A stretch of DNA of 64,000 bases from Gnetum montanum (lineage: Eukaryota > Plantae > Gnetophyta): contig MNCI01000312.1 of the NCBI GenBank assembly GCA_015680685.1, positions 124,001 through 188,000 of the forward strand. The letters run 5' to 3'. The stretch's first letter is position 1. The number at the start of each line of letters is the position of its first letter. Position numbers and translations under genes: made by a program. The notes below the pieces were generated by a model. The model saw nothing but the letters and a program-made list of their open reading frames with translations. It searched no databases and was not told the origin of the DNA. Positions 11,619 through 26,180 of this stretch are shown piece after piece.

Positions 11619-14600
11619 ATGGAATCTAACCAAGATGTTATGAAGGTTTATGATCCTAAAGACCCTACCATGACTAAATGTAAGTAATCGATTAGGTTGA
11701 GCAAGCAAAGCCCAGATTTTGCTGTAATAAATGATGAATATTACAACTTCATTTGCATCAAAATCCAAGCTAGACTTCTCATTCTAAGAATGGAGACTGA
11801 GGCTAAATGTGAATATGAGTTAATTCATTGAAATAAGGAGTGCATACCCTTCACCTACAACAAAATACCACTTAATGACCCTCATACATACATCCTAGCT
11901 TAATTAATTAAGATGGATGATCAAAGCATGAAGCTCCATTTAGCAAGCCAACACAAGAAGCATGACGAGTTCAAGGCCAAGACTAAACCTGATAGCTTTA
12001 TAAGGAGCCTCTTCCAACAGTTGGCTCTCTAAATGACTGCACCTACTTCAACCTTGCCTATCTCTTCCATGGGGTAGGTGCCTCAACCATTATCTCCCAT
12101 GTATCCCATCATGTTTGGATCAACACTTGTTATATTGGTTCACCAACCATAACTTGTGCCCCATGTAGTCTCCCTTTGCTTCTCTATGCCTTTCTCGATG
12201 TAGCCTCAATCTGCATGGCAATTACCTATTGTCATAACCACTATGCATCCATTCTCTATGCTAATGGGCCACACAGTGGGAACCTGGGTGACCAAAGAGT
12301 TACATACACCGTTTATTCCCTTTGTATCATAGGTACTGGAATAAACCTCCTATGTGTTATTTGATCCACCTATGACCACAATAACTCAACCTCTTCCTTC
12401 TATGCCATAATCCATTGCAAGGCCACAAGACTCACAACTCACACTACAATCATTTGTCTAGATGCCATAACTCATGGGAATGCCCCAAGGCTTAGATCAA
12501 GCCTTTCAAATGATCCAAGACCTTACAAAAGAGTTACGAAAGCTTAATGTTCTACAACTCAAATAGTTAAAATAATGGATTTTTATTAGGATGATCCTAT
12601 CAGTCCTACTACCCTACAAATAATTCTTTTCCCCAACATCCCCATACCTTAATTCACTAAATACAATGATGAGGATGACCCTAACACTCACCTTGTTACC
12701 TTCTATTCTAAGTGCTTGTTACTACAAGCCTAGCTACACATAATAATGTGGATCTTTCCTATGTCCCTTACAAGGAAAGCCTTAGCCTAGTACTGTGCAT
12801 CATTGAGAGGATCTATATTCTTACTTGAAGACATAATATTGCAGTTTGTTAATTGTTTCAAGTATAACTTGAAACCTGACATGACTAATGAAGGTCAACT
12901 AGGAATCCCTTGAACTCATACAAAAACTCATTTAATAGTGGAATGCTCTTTGCAATAAGATTCTCAAATCAATAGTTGAAACGCATATTTTCACCATATT
13001 CAAGGGGATAGTTAATGAATTTATTAAGTCTAAACTCTACTACCTAAATCCTTGGTTACTTAGCCAAGACTTTTCCCAGACTAGGAACATAGATGATGCT
13101 ACTGATGCCAGTCATGATCCCACCTACATGGTGTACAAAAATCAACATACATGGAAGGATAAGGAGAAGGGGAGGAAAACCAATGCAGTTGTGGCCACTA
13201 TGGCAAAATAAACCAAAACCATGCAAGTACCTAAAACAAACCAACCATCAACATCAGTAGCCTCTATGTAAGGTAACAAGAGGTCCAATTTCAAATGAAA
13301 AGATCATTTTAAGTAAACTAGTTTATCTTTCAAACCTTTTGAACTCCTTGACCAGCTGCTAAAGATTGGAAGAATATAACATAAATAGATGATAGATAAT
13401 GTTCATAAGAGGCATGATTAGCTATGAGAAATTACAAAGAATCCCACTCTAGCAATGAAGGATGATCCATCAATACCTAAGTACTTTAAAATTGATTGTT
13501 TCTACCACTATCATCAACTGCTAGGTCATAATACCAACTTCTACTTAGTCCTGAAGGATGACCTACAGAAAATGATAGATAATGGTGAGTTGGTCCTTGA
13601 TGCCTCTAATCTAGTTAGACCAAAAAACTAGTCCTTGCAACTCTACAAAGACCCATTGAATGCCAAAAAGAGCCCTTACACCATAGCAACATTCAATGCA
13701 AGCAAAAATCCAAGACTTTCATGGGAGCCATTTGTGATTTGGGTACCTCCTCATAATGACAAGGGTCCTTTAACTTTGTCAAGTTTAAGGTTCCCTTTTA
13801 TTGTGAGGATACCATTACCTCCACCTTCCAAGAAATCTATTGTGGTTAGGATGATCCCTCTCAATACAATTGAATCAACAACTACAACTAAACAATGTCC
13901 TTCCATGATGGCTAATGACACAAGTTCTTCACAACCCAACAATAATAAATTACCAACAAAACAATGCAAGAAGTCTGTATTGAAGCCCAAGAACAAAGAT
14001 AATAAGTAGGCCAAGGCATGGAAGGAGGTGGGCCTACCAAAGCCCACTCCTATTTCATCCATTCCCATGACCTCTAACACTTAGCCTACTTCAACCAATC
14101 ATGGGAGGACCTCAAACCATAAGTGAAGGGGAAAGAGGCCAAGCCACAGCCTTTAAAACATGAAGTTTGCATCTTGGGGCACATGGAGGAAGTTAAAGCT
14201 AATAAGAACCAAAAACCAACAATTGACTATAACGACTTCCTTAATGCAATGGAATAGGTTAAATAGTCTTTGAAATAAAAGAACATTTCTCTTAGTCTAT
14301 ATGACCTAGTAATGATTTTTTCTAGTAATCACGAAGCATTAGTGAAAATTTTGATCTCAATTCTTATCAACAAGGACATCCCTACTAGTGAAGAGTCCAT
14401 CCACGTGGTGATGGTGCCACCTTCATCAAGGAAAGAAACAAAGTCAACAGCACTAGTGGTCTATGACAATGAGGTTAAGATCAACCCCTAGGATGATGAG
14501 ACAACCAAGGCCCCTTTCTTCATAATGATAAGAGTGGGACAATACAAGGTACATCTGGTGCACATGGATGATGGGATAGCCACTAATGTAATACCTTACA

Positions 14601-15157
14601 CCATTGTTGAATACTTAGCCCTAACAAAACACATGCAACATACCTCCACTTTCACTCTTAAATTCTTTAATAGATCTTGGGTGGCAATTAAAGGCTCAAT
14701 CTCTTTGGACTATGTAGTGTGGGAACAATTCCCCACAATAGTCAATTTCTTGATGGTGAAAAAGATATCAAGATTCAATCTCATTCTAGGGAGGCCTTGG
14801 CTAGCTTAATTACAAGATGTTTTCTCATCCATCCATCAAGAAATTTACCTACTGTATGAGAGAGGTGAAATAATTATCCATGATGATAGTGTAGTTTCCT
14901 TAGTAGTCAACAACATTAACATTGAACAAGGGTTTGAAGTGGAGTTTCAAGAAAAAGTTCTTAATGTCAAGGATGAAGTCCAAAGACCCGATAGAGTGGA
15001 AGAGGCCAAAATTGACAATAATGGAACCATGGATGCATTATGGGAAGTGCTCCCCTTTGACAGAGTTAGTGAAGGAAATGGAGAATACAAAATCATGCAA
15101 CATAGACCATACACCATTCCTAATCTTTTGAAGGTTAGAAAGCACTTGCACAATTAA
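11619..15157 (+). pseudogene. gag-aspartic protease of A1, heavily degenerate
   Basis: F.KYNDEDDPNTHLVTF gag motif (~12650-12700); VHMDDGIATNVIP and FNLILGRPWL protease motifs; homologous to 22699-26180. Confidence 0.85.
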
Positions 15158-15439
15158 TTTACATTTCCTATCCACTTGCCCATGTGCCCATAATCATGTA
15201 GCCTTCTTTATTACCTTTGTCTCCTAGTTTAAACATTATTTACATGTACCATTTTTGTTATTTTGTTTTATCTTGTGTTGACTTTACTTTGCACATGATC
15301 TAGAGTTTATTCTTGTTTAAAATTTATCTCTCTATTTTAAAATATGAAACATAAAAAATACCACAAAAAATTAAAAATAAGAAAAACTCATAAAAATTTT
15401 AAAATACCAAACTTATAAAAAATTTTCTTTTCAAAACAC

Positions 15440-15555
15440 ACGGTCCACTAAGGCCTAAAACTAGAAAAATTATTGCTCACTATGGCCTAAAATTGGCAAA
15501 ATGCATGATCTACCAAGGCCTTAAAATGGTGGCCCACCATGGACTAAAACTAACA
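15440..15555 (+). repeat. Degenerate short-unit array downstream of protease (ggcccactaaggcctaaaactag type)
   Basis: The same motif family recurs at 26320-26465, 37195-37230, 37545-37590, and reverse-complemented at 41280-41345, 45045-45130, 55220-55710 and 63605-63850. Confidence 0.7.
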
Positions 15556-15999
15556 ATGTTTTCATAACCCATTTATAGTTGTTATGCCTTAGTATATCTT
15601 TTTGTTGGCCTAGTTAATGTGCATTTTACCTTAATGAATATTTCCATATAATCATATGATCCAACCAATGTAGCCTAGTGTATCCTCATAACCTAAACAA
15701 AACATGAAACATAAAGGATGCATGAAACCAAAAATGCTAGAACATATATAATAAAATTAAAATCATAAATAAATAATAACAATTAAAATTCCCATTAATG
15801 AATAATCGTGATCACACTGTGTGACACAAGTCCAATAAACAATAATAGAAAAACACAAATGAAATGTCCAACAACCATAGTTACATTGTGTAGTAATAGT
15901 AATAAAAAATAATACATGTCTCACAAATAATAATGGCTAGAAGTAGCCACAATAGCATCAAAAAATGAAATAGTCAAAGACATAATCAATAGATGATGC

Positions 16000-18900
16000 T
16001 AAGGTACAACTAGAGGTGGTGGAGGAGCATCTCCAACATCATCATCATTCGGACCATTATTATTACCTAGTACCTATACCATAACAATAAAAGCCTAATC
16101 AATAATTAGCATAATTAATCCATAAAATAAAATAAAATATAAAAATAAATTAAACAAAATTAGAAAGACTTTGGAGCAACATCTTCTATAGGGAAGCTCC
16201 AAAGATCAACCTCTAGAGGATGGAGGATCTGGTCTTCAGTCATGTGAGCCCAGTCCACTTCCCTGAGATTAACACTAGTTAGAATGTTACTCTCATCGAT
16301 ATCGGTCCATGTAGATGACTCTTGTGAAAATGTAGTGGTAGTCACCTTCCTTGATGCAATAGTGACCTAAGGGGTTGGGGAATCATCAACCATTAGAGAT
16401 CCTTTAAATAGCTTGAAGACATCTTCTATGTGGATCTTCTTCCTAATTAGATCTAGCTTGCACTATTTTGTGGACTACTCCTACAACCACTTAAGATAAC
16501 TCTCATGTTTTTCCTTGTAATTTTTCTTGTGGTCCTTTCATGCACAATCCCACTTAAGGACCTAAGCATAATAATCCCTCTACTCCCTAGCTTTATTAGT
16601 TAGTAGGTCCATCTACAACTTTTGCTTAATAAGGTCCCTAGTGAGGGCAACCTTGTCATGGATGGCATTCCCATATCATATCCATGTTATCTCCTTGGTT
16701 TGTAAGGAGTTTTCATTAGCCACCCAGGCTTCCACAAACCCCTTACAATCCTAGAGATCTTTAATTACCTTAGCTTGCCTCTTACTTTCTCTTTCCAATG
16801 CCACAAATCATTCCCATAAGAACTCATTTGAACATTGGGATTCTCACAAAGTTTTAGCATATGAGAGTGCATATTTGATGGCTCTCTCATATAACTTCTA
16901 TGGAATATTTTCTACCTTGGGTGATAGGCTAAGTAATGCATTGATCTCAAAGGCATAGTTGGGATTCCATACAAACTTATACATTGCAAATAATATAACA
17001 AAAATATATATATGTGCATATAAAAATACTAGACAACAAGAATAACTAGAAAACATCTAAAACTACTAAGACCATGAAACTATAAGGCCTATACAAAATA
17101 AAAAAAAACACATAAAAGCACAACAAGTTAAGGTTCTTGCCAACATTAAGAACAATCTGTTGCTAATGATCGATCATGTCTTCGGCCATCCCTCACATGA
17201 GCTCCAATTTGGCTAGAATCTCTAGCCATGGTCTCATGTGAAACATAGATGTGGAAGCACCAAGTTAAGGTTCAAGAGAAACAATAAGAACAAATCATAG
17301 TTTAATGATTAAACCATGTTCAAACACGGAACTATGACATGAAACATACAAAACAAAACTCATAAATACTTGGAAGTTCATCCAAGAGAATGAAAATGGG
17401 TTCACCTAGTTATGAGATTTCAAATATGGCATCAAAGTCATCCAATGTAACATTGGATAACCCCTCATCCTCATGCCCTTGTATAGCCTCCTCCTTTAGG
17501 CACTTTTGTTCAACCTCCATTGCTACTACTTAGGTCATTGGTTCTTGTTGTTTGCCTACAAGGACAAAGAAGAAAAGACATGGAACAACTTAGCATATCT
17601 TACTCAACACAAAATGAAAACATAACCATATGACATAAAACATAAAAAACTTAAATGAAAATTACAATAAAACATACTTGCAACCACATGTTGTGCCTAG
17701 CCTAGTTTAATTATGAGCCTTCTCTTTGAAGGCTGCTCAATGACTGGTGCTACTTGCTCAACCATAGGCCTCTTCAATTTTGCTCTAGTTGATCAATCAG
17801 CTTTGGAACATAACTCTTTGGCATTTGTAGCATTTCCATGAGCAACATGGGGTTCAACCTCCATGTTGTCAAGAGAAGGATAATGCATACCACTAAAAAC
17901 TTTAGTGGTAATAGACAATGATTCCCCAATGTGCTCTAGTGGATTTTGAGCCTACATGGTTTGAAAAAACATGTTTTACCTAAGGAACTCCTTCCATCCT
18001 TTCTCGCCACTAAGAACTCTATGAATCTCCTCAAATATGTTACAAAAAATACAAAATGCATATATCATATTGTAGTAAGATCTTTCTAGAGTTTCAAGAT
18101 CTCCCCTTGTAGCCCTAAAATCAAGTAAGCAACCTTGTTGAATTGAGCATCTTTACTGAGGATTATTTTTATGGTCCATGCCTATTTAATGCCAATGATC
18201 TTCTTCGATGATAGTAGCTTTGGAAACACCCAAGATTAGAAGTATGGGTACATCTCCTTATCCTCTACAACTTGGAACTATTCTAGGAACAATTCAAAAT
18301 GGCCACAACAAGTGTTTGGCCATTCTTCCACCTCCTCTAAATGGTATGCATCCTTCCTTGGTTTGGTGGTAACTATCATGCTCTCATGAAGAATACCAAA
18401 GAGGTCACTAAATGTGGATTCATTAATGGCCAAGGTGATAGGAATACCATGAACCTAAGTAGTGAATTTATTCACTCCTTTGTTGAAGAAGTTGATGACA
18501 TTCACCATCTCAGGGGTGGGGATGATAGAGCTAGGAGCCATGAAAAGATCAAGCAAACCTACATTGGTGATGTTTGCTTGGATGTTTCTAGGTGCTTGGC
18601 TAGCCAACTAGTGTTGTGCTAAATACACCTCATCAAACTTGAGGATGAGCATCTTCTTAGTATGTCTTGAAGCGATCAAGGTGATGGTGGAGAAAGAAAA
18701 CCCCTACAACACAAAAAAAATGATATATTAGCTTGGGCATAGGTAATCATGTAAAAAAAAATATAACAAACGTAGCGAATAAAAAATAAATAAATAAAAC
18801 AATTGATGCCAAGATAACCAAATAACCATATAAATAGAAAACATTGACATCACATAAAATAAAATAAAAACGAAAATAGAAATAAGCATTCTAACTTTGC

Positions 18901-19733
18901 TTGCTTGAAGAAGGTAGTGTGGGGACTCTAAGAGGTAGACGTGTCTCTACACCAAGATCTGATTTACCCCACCAATCATGGGCTATCCCATTAACTATGC
19001 ACCTTTGGTAGTTTATCGAATAGTACATATTATACCTACTAAAGTCACCTTTGAGTTGCTCCATCATTGTGATCCTTACTACAAGGCTTTTGGCAAAGAC
19101 CCCTAATGTTGTTTAGGCTAAGGGAAAAAACTAGTCACTTTTGATAGATCCTTTGTCATCCACCTTGTATTTGAAAGCATACCAATTCAAGAAAAAAAAA
19201 ACTATTAAAACCAAGTAGCATAATAAAACTAATGAGTAAATCCAAAAAAAGAAAAACTTAAAAACATGCTTATCCTTCCATGTAGTACACAATACTAGGA
19301 GGGTTCTAAAATAATATATTGATGTAGTGGCCAACTAGTAATATGTTGTTGGAATTATACTCAATGAACTCAAGCATGTCCCAAATGTTGGACAGCTTAC
19401 GAATGCCTGTAGTATATGTGTCATCAAGTATTTCATCATCAGCATGTGTTTGATCAAGCTAGTAGATTGGGGCAACAAGGTTTCTACAATGACAACCATT
19501 ATGTGAGAAGCTAAGTGTGATTGTACCATCATATTGAAGTTTTGTAGTAAGAAGGCTAGAAACTTCTTTACCCTTGGCTCAAACCACAAATAGCCATGTT
19601 CCAACATCATATGGGTAGCTAGGGTGTTGAATCTTGGTGTATGAATACAACATAAGAGCCCAACTAGCTTAATTACCACTAGGAGTAGCTTCTGGAAGGC
19701 CTTGCATAACCCAACAACAACCATTAAAATCAT
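16000..19733 (-). pseudogene. Antisense multi-exon accessory gene of A1 (PMD-like domain plus coiled coil), degenerate; ends approximate
   Basis: Blocks homologous to 50323-52260 and 61750-63290 (+): VIVETLLPQSTSL vs VIVEILLPQASSL; NILTSVNLREVDWAHMTEDQILH vs NILSSIDLRDVDWVSMMEDQIFH; AT-rich intron-like gaps at matching places. Confidence 0.6.
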
Positions 19734-20233
19734 GAATGATCATGACAAAAAGTGAAAAACTATTAAATAACCAAAATTTTTACAACCTCAATGTCAATGT
19801 TCTCACCTAAAAAAAACAACCAAATTGACTATTTTCAACACTTAGAACTAGAACCAAGTCTAAACAAAATTTAAATTAAATAAGACCAAGCAACCCATGA
19901 ACATTGATGATAATTTCATGGTGGAAAAATGCATGAAATTACAGAATTTTCATGTAAATGTTTTAAAACCATGAGCATTAGCTTGTACCAATATCTAACC
20001 TATAACAATAATAGCCATAAGGTTTGAATGTGAATTTGACCAAAATTTAACTAAAAATCATAGTTAACAGTGAAAATAGCTGTAGTAAAAACTCTAGGAA
20101 GTTAGTTAATTTTTTTTAAAAAAATCCAACTGATCATTGAAAACCAAAATAAAAATTTTAAATGATTGTAGAAGTTTGTTAACATTGGAAAAAATTCCAC
20201 AAATACACCAACATTTCCCATACAGCTTGGGGG

Positions 20234-21694
20234 TGAAACACCTCCAAATTTGCATGTTGTAACCTTGGTAACCCCATCCCATGAAACCCAAGGTAAAACT
20301 CCATTGTAAATGTGAGGATTGTATCCCATGAGGTGAAATCTTACATATTTAATACTTTTGGGGCTAAAAAGTGTCTCATAAGTGATCAAGGCCTCATCCC
20401 CCAAGTAAAAAAAGTCACATAATATCTATATTCGGACTGGGGGGGAGGGGGTGTTAAATTTGTCTTTTGGAGTGCCAAAATTGGCATTTTGATGGGTTTT
20501 ATGGGGGGTATAACATTTTCTATGCAGAAGACACCTACCTCTAGATTGTATGCATGGGAGGAAAGCTCACCTACCCCCAACTAAGATGCATGAGGGAAAG
20601 CTCACTTACCTCCAACTAGGATGCATGGGGGAATTGCTCACCTAACCCTAGCTAGGATGCATGAGTGGAAAGCTCACCTACCTTTACCTTGGATGCATGG
20701 GGGGAAACCTTTCCCCCTTAGTGTGGAAGTTTCTTCCCAATTTGAAAAGCTTCCCTCAACATGGAAGCTTCCCCCGATTAGTGTGGAAGCTCCCTCCCCA
20801 GCTTGGAAACTACATGCCCCAAATGTAGAAGCCACAAAGACCAAATTTCAAAACCTCATGTGCTCCAACATTGATCCAAAATGCCAATTTTGAAGGTTAA
20901 AGGCTTAGCATAGAAGATCTATCTCTAGCTTGGATGCAATCCTCCCTTGTTACTATTTTTAGTAAATAGAATGACCATGGGGGTTTGGCACTTACTATAT
21001 ATGGAAACCCCCAAAATTTTGGCACCCATACCACTTGAAACATAGCCAAAATTTGCATCCAATTTTCAGAAAAAAGTAAGGCTAGAAACGTATAAAAACT
21101 AAACACCAATACCATTTCAAAGTTGGACCCCCCTTGGCAGTTACACACTTTGGCATTTTTGCATTCAAGTGCGTTGGACACACATAAAGTCTATTGAATC
21201 CCCAACATGGAATCCTCTTTTTGGGTAATTGCCTTCCCCCATAGAAATTGTTAACCTCCATAGCCATTTTTACACCCCTTGTAACACCTAACATTGTAGA
21301 TTTGGTGCAAGGAGTAACAAAGGTTTGAAAGAATTGGGAGTTGTGGAGTATCTAGATCATGTAGCAATGGGTTCCAAGCCCCCACCAAAGTAAAGCCCCT
21401 GCTACCTAGGCACATTTTGTACACATTCCTCAAACTCATTCTTTATTCTTTTTAATAAACTTTAATATTTTTAGTTTTGTGTGCAATCCACATTTACTTT
21501 TAGTTTTTCCAAATTTGTAATTTTTGCATTTTTATTTTTACAATCTCATTTTCCCTCCTTTAAGTCCCTAGGTGATTTGTTGGACTATCCATGGCACCTT
21601 GAATTCCATCTTTTGGAGGCCCTATAGATTTGGGATTAAAGCTATTACATTGAGATCTTCAGTTTTCTAGGAATCAATTTTTCTAGTTGCCACA
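20234..21694 (+). repeat. 5' LTR of A2 with ~37-bp tandem subrepeats (20545-20720)
   Basis: tgaaacacctcc...gttgccaca; about 5 units of ctaggatgcatgggggaaagctcacctacccccaa. Confidence 0.8.
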
Positions 21695-22698
21695 GTTTTA
21701 TGGGGCTAAAAGGAGGGCTTCTACCCAATTTCTATGTCTAAATCAGGTTGTTGTGTTGCCAACATTGCCTTTTGTTTCAAAAATATGCACTTTTAACATT
21801 AAAACCTTTAAAAAACATTCAAAACCCAATGTTGCAGCCCATCCCCCCCTTACAATCAATGCTTAATGTGGAAGTTGTAGGAGTTTGGGTTTTCAAGATT
21901 TTCACAGTAGTTACTATGAATTTCAAGGCCAATGTTGGCATCCCATCAAAACCTTTGAAAAGAAAACTAAAATTTTTCATCTTTTTAGGGTGTTTTTCAT
22001 ACCCCCCTCAACATGGGTGTTTGGATTTTGGCAAAATTTCATAATAGTTGCTGGAAATTTTTAGAGCTAGCTAGAAAGGGTATTACCCCCTTGGACCACC
22101 CAAACCCCTTGTTGTGAAGTTTTTGTAGAAAGGTCAATGTCACCAATCTCTTAAAAAAATACTTTTAGAAAAATCAAAGTTTTGACTTTGGTTTACTTTT
22201 GAAAAAGAAATCCCCTCTCCTCCAATGTTGGAAAAGTGTGAGATCCCTCCATCCCACCACTTTCTTTCCTTCCTGCCATACCTAGTGTTTAGGAAACTAG
22301 GACACCAACATAGAGGTAGGGCGTAAGCCATTGTAGAGGTTTTCACCTTTCCATTTTTGGTAAAGGGGTATAATGCCCCTAACCTCCACTTACCATTTAT
22401 AGTAAGTGACTTATTTTGGCCATTTTTATCATTTTTTTGCAACTAGGGAGCCAAGAGAGGGTGGAGTGTGATATCCCCTCTTTTCATTTTTAGTAAAGGG
22501 GTATACCTCCTTTGGTAGCCATTTACTATTTATAGTAAGTGACCCATTTTCAACTACTTTTGCTTTTTCTTGCCGTTTGTAAATTTCACTTGTTGGAATT
22601 TGGACTTTTTCCACCTTTTGTAACCTATTCAAGCCATTTTCAGCATCATCATCATGTCTTTTAGGTAATCAACAGTACCACCTCTCAACTTAATAAAC

Positions 22699-25600
22699 AT
22701 GGTATCTAGATAAGATGTAGTTCATATTTATGACCCAAATGACCTTGTAGTCATAGAATGAACACAATCACTTAGCCAAAGAGGTGAAAACCTAAATTTT
22801 GTAGTAATCAATGAGGAATTCTACAAGTTCCTCTATGCTAAGATACAAGCCAATTTCTTGATACCATGCTCTAAATCTAATGATAAGCATTAGTTGAAAA
22901 TCATACGCTGGGATGGGAAAGAATACATCCCATCCCCCTATATCCAAGCTTCACTCATAAACTTTTATGTGCAAAAGGTCATACAAGTCATAGAGGTTGA
23001 TGAGTTTAGTGAAAAATTAGCACAGAGGATCAACTAGAAGAGGAAGATGAGTTTGAGGTTGAATAGGAGTTGGACACCTTCATTGGAAGTATTTTCCAAA
23101 ATTTAGTTCCCCAAAATACCAGGTCTAATCCACATTTCCTACTTCATCAATGGAACTGATCCCTTGGCCTAACTCTGCTCCTATCCATCCTACCATATTT
23201 GGGTCCACACCCATCATTGCCACACACTAGACACAACCCATGTTCCAATCCATGTCCTTATTCTCGTCGATACTTTTTTCCACACTACCTAACTTCATTC
23301 ACCTAGCCATGGTGATGTCTACCTCACCATATCCATTTTTCATACTATTGGGAGTAGCATTGGAGTCCTAAGAAACACAAGCCTCTCGTACTCATTTTAT
23401 TCCCTTTGTGCCTCAAGTCTAGCACATACATATTTCTCCTTATTTAGCCCACCTATGACCACCATAACCTAGCCTCTTCCTTCGATGATGCAACCTATTG
23501 CAAGGCTACAAGCCTTTCAACCACAAGTCTTAGAACTTCTCCCTTAACCATAAGCACAAACACTGCAACTCATAGGGATGCCTCAAGGCCTAGATCAATC
23601 CTTCCAAATTATCCAAGACCTTAACAAAGATTTGTGAAAAATTAAATCCAACATAACTTTGATGGTCAAGGTTCTCGATTTCTATCAAGATGATCCTATA
23701 AGCCCTATGATGCCTCAAATAACCTTGCCTGCATGCTTGCCTATTCCAAACTTCACCAAATACAATAGTGAAGGGGATCCCAACACACATATAGTAACCT
23801 TCCAATCTAAGTTCCTCATCTTACAAGCTTGGACTCGTACAATATTATGGATCTTTCCCATGCCCCTCAAGGGTAAGGCTCTAGATTGGTTTCAAACCTT
23901 GCCTAAAGGTTCCATCTCTTTCCTTGAGGACCTCATTAATCAATTTCTCAACTACTTCATATACAACTTGAAGCAGGATGCCACATTGGACTAATTGATC
24001 AAGGTGATGTAGGGGCCACTTGAACTAGTCAAAAGGTTTATTCAAAGATGGAACTAAATACTTAATAAGATCCCAGAGCCTATTGTTGAAACCCACATCT
24101 TGGCCATATATAAGGGAGTAGTAAACAACTTTATCAAGTCAAATTTGTACTACCAATCGGTCATTGAGCCAAGCCTTCTCACAAACCAAGAACATTGAGG
24201 AGGCAACTAAGGCAAGCAATGACCTAGCCTATGTGGCTTATAAAAACCAACATGCAAGAAGAGATAATAATAAAAATAGGTAAGAACACACAATTTTGGT
24301 TGTAGTAACAAAAGAGTTGAAACAAGAGGAGAGGCAAGGATCACCATCATGCAACACATCCCTTGACTCATCACAATGCTTTACTTCCTATGTCACAAAT
24401 CAACCAAGACCAAACTTTGGGCATAAGGATAGGTCTCAGTACACTAGGTTGCCTATGAATCCCTCTGAGCTTCTAGATTATTTGCTTAAAGATAATTTTA
24501 TACAACATAAGAAATTATTTGAAGAGGCTCATAAGAGGTATGATCATCTTTGTGACATAGCTAAAGACCCAAAAATAGCTACTAAAGATGATCCCAAGCT
24601 AGTGAAGGACTTTAGGCTCGATAGGTACTACCATTATCATCAAATGACTAATCATAACCTAATTATTGCCTAGTTTTAAAGGATGAACTCCAAAAGATGA
24701 TAAACCATGGAGAGTTGGTAGTGAATGAGCCCAACTCTCTAAGCACTAACGACAACTCCTACACTGTAGCCTCATTCATGGAAACCAAGCACCCTAACTC
24801 TCCTAGGGAACCATTTATCAGTAGAGTACCATCACAACCTAGGAACCGAAAGCCAAGAGGACCATTCGTTATACAGGTACCACCTCCTCTGGCTCCTAAG
24901 GAGCCTTTCATCATACGTGTCCACCCTTCAATGGTTTAAGCATCACAACATAATTGACAAGTTGCTAATCTTTCAAAGCCCAAGGAACCATTTGTTATCT
25001 TGGTCCCTCCACCTTCAACAAGTAAGACCACAACAACCCATGACCAAAGCCCACATATCATGGCCAACAACTCAGAGGTTAGCAAGAAACCATCATCACA
25101 ATGGTAGCAAAAGTAACCTATCACAAAATCAACAAAAAGGTCCACTAAAGCTAACCAACCAAGACCTACACCAAAGTCAACTGCATCCATGGAGAAAGGG
25201 CCCAAGGCACATACACCATAAACCAGGCCACAAACCCAAGGGAGAATGGAGGAGGTTAGAACCGCCAATGCCAAAGCATCACAAGCTAAAGGAAAGGGCT
25301 TTGTCGCAACCATGGACAAAGCTAAGTGATCCCTTTAGGAAAAGAATATGTTACTAAAATTGTATGACTTGGTCATGAACTCTCATATTCATAGGAATGC
25401 ACTAGCTCAAGTGTTGACTTCTATCCCTATAAGCAGATACATGCCTGCCAATAGAGAGTCAATCCACTCTATCATTGAGCATACTTCACTTAGGGAAAAT
25501 GGGCATCAAGCCATGCTTAACTTTTGTGTTAGTGAAGTGAAGGTTAACTCTTGAAATGGAGAAGTACTATGTGCTCCTCTCTTTATCATCATATGTGTTG

Positions 25601-26180
25601 GCAAATACAAGGTTCACTATGTTCATGTGGATGATGGGGTAGCCACGAATGTGGTACCATACTTTGTTGTTGACAAGGTAAGCTTAATTGAGAATATCCA
25701 AGTGACCAATACCTTAGCACTCAAGTCATTGAATGGTTTACAAGTAGTAGTGCAAGGTTCCATCACTTTGGATTTTGTAGCCAGTGAATAGTTTCCCACA
25801 TTTGCCAACTTCCTAGTGGTTGAAGAGATACCTGATTTCAACTTGATCTTAGGAAGACCATGGTTGGTGAAGCTTCAGGTAGTTTCATCTCGTATACATA
25901 AGGAGATTCACTTGCCATATGATGGTGTAAAAATTGTGATCTATGGGAACAATGTGCTGGTACCCTCAGTTAACTATGTCAACATTGATCAAGGTTTAGA
26001 GGTAGAGTTTCAAGGGGAAACTCCTGACACTTAGACTAGGGCCATCAACAATGATGCAAATAGTACCAACTCTGTGACACAAGAAAATAAACAAAAATTC
26101 CTACAAATTACCATGCTACATGAGAGAAACAATGATAGTAGAATCATGCCAAAATGATTTTTTGATCTCTTAAAGATTAA
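22699..26180 (+). pseudogene. gag-aspartic protease of A2, degenerate
   Basis: PNFTKYNSEGDPNTHIVTF...FPMPLKGKALDWFQTLPKGSI; VHVDDGVATNVVP; FNLILGRPWL. Confidence 0.88.

Larger units (their letters stand above)
2892..20233 (+). mobile_element. Tat/Ogre-like LTR element A1: 5' LTR, PBS, LINE-interrupted leader, gag-protease, antisense gene; cut off at 20234 by the LTR of A2
   Basis: LTR plus degenerate PBS; gag-PR homologous to A2 and C; antisense gene homologous to that of element D. Confidence 0.7.

Noticed and set aside
20545-20720. CRISPR-like ~37-bp periodic repeats (also 39170-39345, 27230-27350, 55220-55710, 63605-63850)
   Set aside because: Degenerate tandem units within LTRs or retroelement interiors, with no identical repeats separated by unique spacers, no cas genes, and a eukaryotic context.
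2892-21694. Pairing the LTRs at 2892 and 20234 as one complete element
   Set aside because: The 20234 LTR lacks the family PPT upstream, has a PBS downstream and matches the 38848 LTR better, so it is the 5' LTR of a separate insertion.
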